This document shows, one piece after another, positions 61,737 to 64,000 of a DNA stretch of 64,000 nucleotides. The DNA lies in assembly GCA_030390025.1 (NCBI GenBank), contig CM059431.1:134108001-134172000 (forward strand). Reading direction: 5' to 3'. Source of the DNA: Squalus acanthias (Eukaryota). The notes under the pieces are model-generated. The model was not told the DNA's origin. It made no database searches and saw only the letters and a program-made list of their open reading frames with translations. Position 1 is the stretch's first letter; every line of letters starts with the position of its first letter. The translations under genes were made by a program, and so were the position numbers.

Positions 61737-62120
61737 TAAATCTTTAGAAACAAACCACTTCTTTACTCTGACACCAACCACTGTCTCCCCCACCAACCTC
61801 TCCAGCACCTCCACCAACCTTCAACTTTCATCTGTACAATGCTCCTTTAAATAGGTGAGATGAAGTCGAGACCCGCTCCACTTAATTGGCCGGGAAAGCC
61901 GCATGACTAATTCAATTGGAGTACTTTAGTTAAAAAGATATTGCAGAGCGTGCTAAAGGAACGTCTGGGAGATCAACCCGCTACATTGCTCCCCTGCACC
62001 CAACCCCACGGAAAGGTAAAGATTCAGCCCTTACTGTTCCTTTTTGGCCAGAAACAAATTGAATGCCTGTTTAAGCTGCGGTAGGTTCAAAGCTCACCCA
62101 CATCACGTTAATTATGCTAA

Positions 62121-63100
62121 ACCCAGAAATTTGGACAGGTTCATTCCTTGTTGTCACAGATGGGTACGATTCCCACCACATCTGCTGCTTCCAGGATGGG
62201 GCACAAAAATCATCTCCTTTGCATTTACTCCCAGTTTAGAAACACGCTGGAGGCGATTTTCCCTGAATACTTTAGGTGCTAAAGAGCCTCCGAGGTGGCC
62301 AAGATGGGGTCTTGAGCTGCAACACCTGTTTCGGCTGCGTTTAGCGCAAGACGCAATTCTTGGTAAAGTAATTGAAGTGCGCACTAGAACCAGCTGCCCG
62401 GAGGATCATTAAGGGTCTGATTGACAATTAAAGAGGTTGCACGGCATTTTTGTGGCTAGCGCTTCGACTACCACCCTCTCCTAATAGCAACCAGTTGAAC
62501 AAGAGTTCTGAGGATTTTGAGCACTACTTGAAAGCATGCTCAGCTTTCACTGTTTACTTGCTGCTGAAGGTTTGTAGAGGATTTTGAGACATATTGGGAG
62601 ACTTTCTGGGACAGTTTGTCGGGACTTCACCAACAATCTTACAACATTTATTCCGGAAATGCTCTGAGGACTTCACCTAAAGAGAGCGAGTGCTGTGCTA
62701 CTCTATCTTATTGGACACTTATAGGATTCACCAGGAATAAAGGATAATGGGCATCTTGCTAGGGATCCCTGGAGGAGGACAGGAGGCCAGACAAAGCAGC
62801 ACCAGCTGCTTCAGGAGAGAGGGACAGGAGGGCGAGGTAGACTCCTTCCCCGCCATGGGTACAGGACATCCCTCCTCCTCTGAAATCCTCAACCAGGACC
62901 TCCAGTGTCACATCCGAGAACCTGTACGTCCTCTTCCTCAGTCCCTGAGCCACCCTGAAACGTGCCGTTGTGTGTCAGCCAGCGCACTCCACACCTTCAG
63001 TGGAAGTGGGTGTGTGGAGGCTACATATACCGCTCCATGAAAATTGCTTCTAATCAGCGCTTGAGTGTTAAACCTGCAGGTGTCAGCAATTAGCCCCAAA
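62121..63100. mobile_element. Internally deleted Harbinger (element G) joining the 5' stubs of both genes
   Basis: Plus-strand MGILLGIP... from 62747 meets minus-strand MAQGLRKRTYRFSDVTLEVLVE from 62953; ends approximate. Confidence 0.6.
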
Positions 63101-63266
63101 ATTGCATACTGAAACCTGTTTTCACCCTTTCACCAAAATAACCCCCGCTGTACCTCAGGCACCAGGATGTCTGTTTCCCTAGTTTAAAAAGATGCTGTTC
63201 CTCAGGTACCAGGATACTCTCCACTTTTAAATCACAGAAAACACAATGGACCCATGACGTCTAAGT

Positions 63267-63369
63267 TATACAAAAGCAAAATACTGCGGATGCTGGAAAT
63301 TTGAAATAAAAACATTAAATGCTGGAAATACTCAGCAGGTCAGGCGAAAGGTCATTGACCTGAAATATT
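63267..63369. mobile_element. Penelope-tail fold-back fragment interrupted by a Harbinger-type element
   Basis: Minus-strand tail (caaaagcaaaatactgcggatgctgg...) followed by a plus-strand hammerhead stem II, gaaaggtcattgacctgaaa. Confidence 0.7.
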
Positions 63370-64000
63370 GGCCCAGAAATTTGACTCGGAGGCTTGCCGC
63401 GGGGGTAAGGATCGCGCGCGATATCACATACCGCGTCTGCCGTCCTTGTTTGCCCCCGCAGGAACTTCGGGTCCTGGGCCTCTCCCTAGTGCCGGCGCGC
63501 AGTGTGTGCGTGTCCCAGGGGCGCAGTTAGTGCGATGCGACCTCTGGGATCACGTGGGCCATGGAGAGCCAATGGCAGCAGACCATCTTTCATTCATAGA
63601 TTTGACAGGAGACCTGTCAAATCTGTCAATTGAAAGAGGCCCCAAAAGAACAGCTAAACGTCAAATAAATAAAAAAAAAAAACCATCACATTAATAAAAT
63701 AACTATAGTTAAATAAATTAACCACTTTAAACAAAAATGTAAATTTTTGAAAAAATTAAAAAAAAATTTAAAAGTTATAAAAATAAACTTACCTTTCTTT
63801 AAAGTCTCTAAAAAAGATAAACCTGTTGAAAAAAATTAAAAATTATACTTAATTAACTACTTACCTTGTTCAAAAGGGGTCTTACGCCTCCTTTTTACTT
63901 GTGTAGAATCTTCCATACTTACCCTCGCGTTGAAACCTGAAAAAAAACCTAAGTGTGCTGCGTGCGCGCAGCCTCTAGTGCGCATGCGGTTCACCTAGGA
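63370..64000. mobile_element. Harbinger-type element H, left end; continues beyond the window
   Basis: Begins ggcccagaaattt like the other TIRs; CpG-rich subterminal region. Confidence 0.6.

Larger units (their letters stand above)
55479..62030. mobile_element. Two-gene Harbinger (element D), degenerate, containing nested family C and E elements
   Basis: Plus-strand transposase and minus-strand three-exon Myb gene. Right end gattcagccc|tta; left end approximate, no TSD recognised. Confidence 0.78.

Overview
This is a eukaryotic, repeat-saturated window. It is most likely a shark or other cartilaginous fish (inference from CR1 LINEs, V-SINE- and Deu-SINE-like elements, Penelope-like elements and Harbinger families). 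The only host gene I can support is DZIP1 (DZIP1L less likely) on the minus strand. It shows two phase-0 coding exons (41352-41513 and 25012-25155) with canonical AG/GT sites, separated by a 16.2-kb intron. Most of the rest is nested transposable elements: (i) many CR1 LINEs, including one full-length copy with an SGNH-esterase ORF1; (ii) two young Penelope-like (RT + GIY-YIG) families, both carrying a minimal type-I hammerhead ribozyme in the 3' terminal repeat; one family also produces fold-back insertions (a ~467-bp-arm palindrome and shorter hairpins), and three of its insertions each have a 14-bp TSD; (iii) more than 15 PIF/Harbinger-type elements, from two-gene copies (DDE transposase convergent with an intron-containing Myb/SANT gene) down to a 65-bp MITE, with 3-bp TSDs of unusually varied sequence; (iv) RTE, L2-like, hAT-MITE and SINE fragments. 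All calls were made by eye with no database search. Boundaries without a TSD are approximate.
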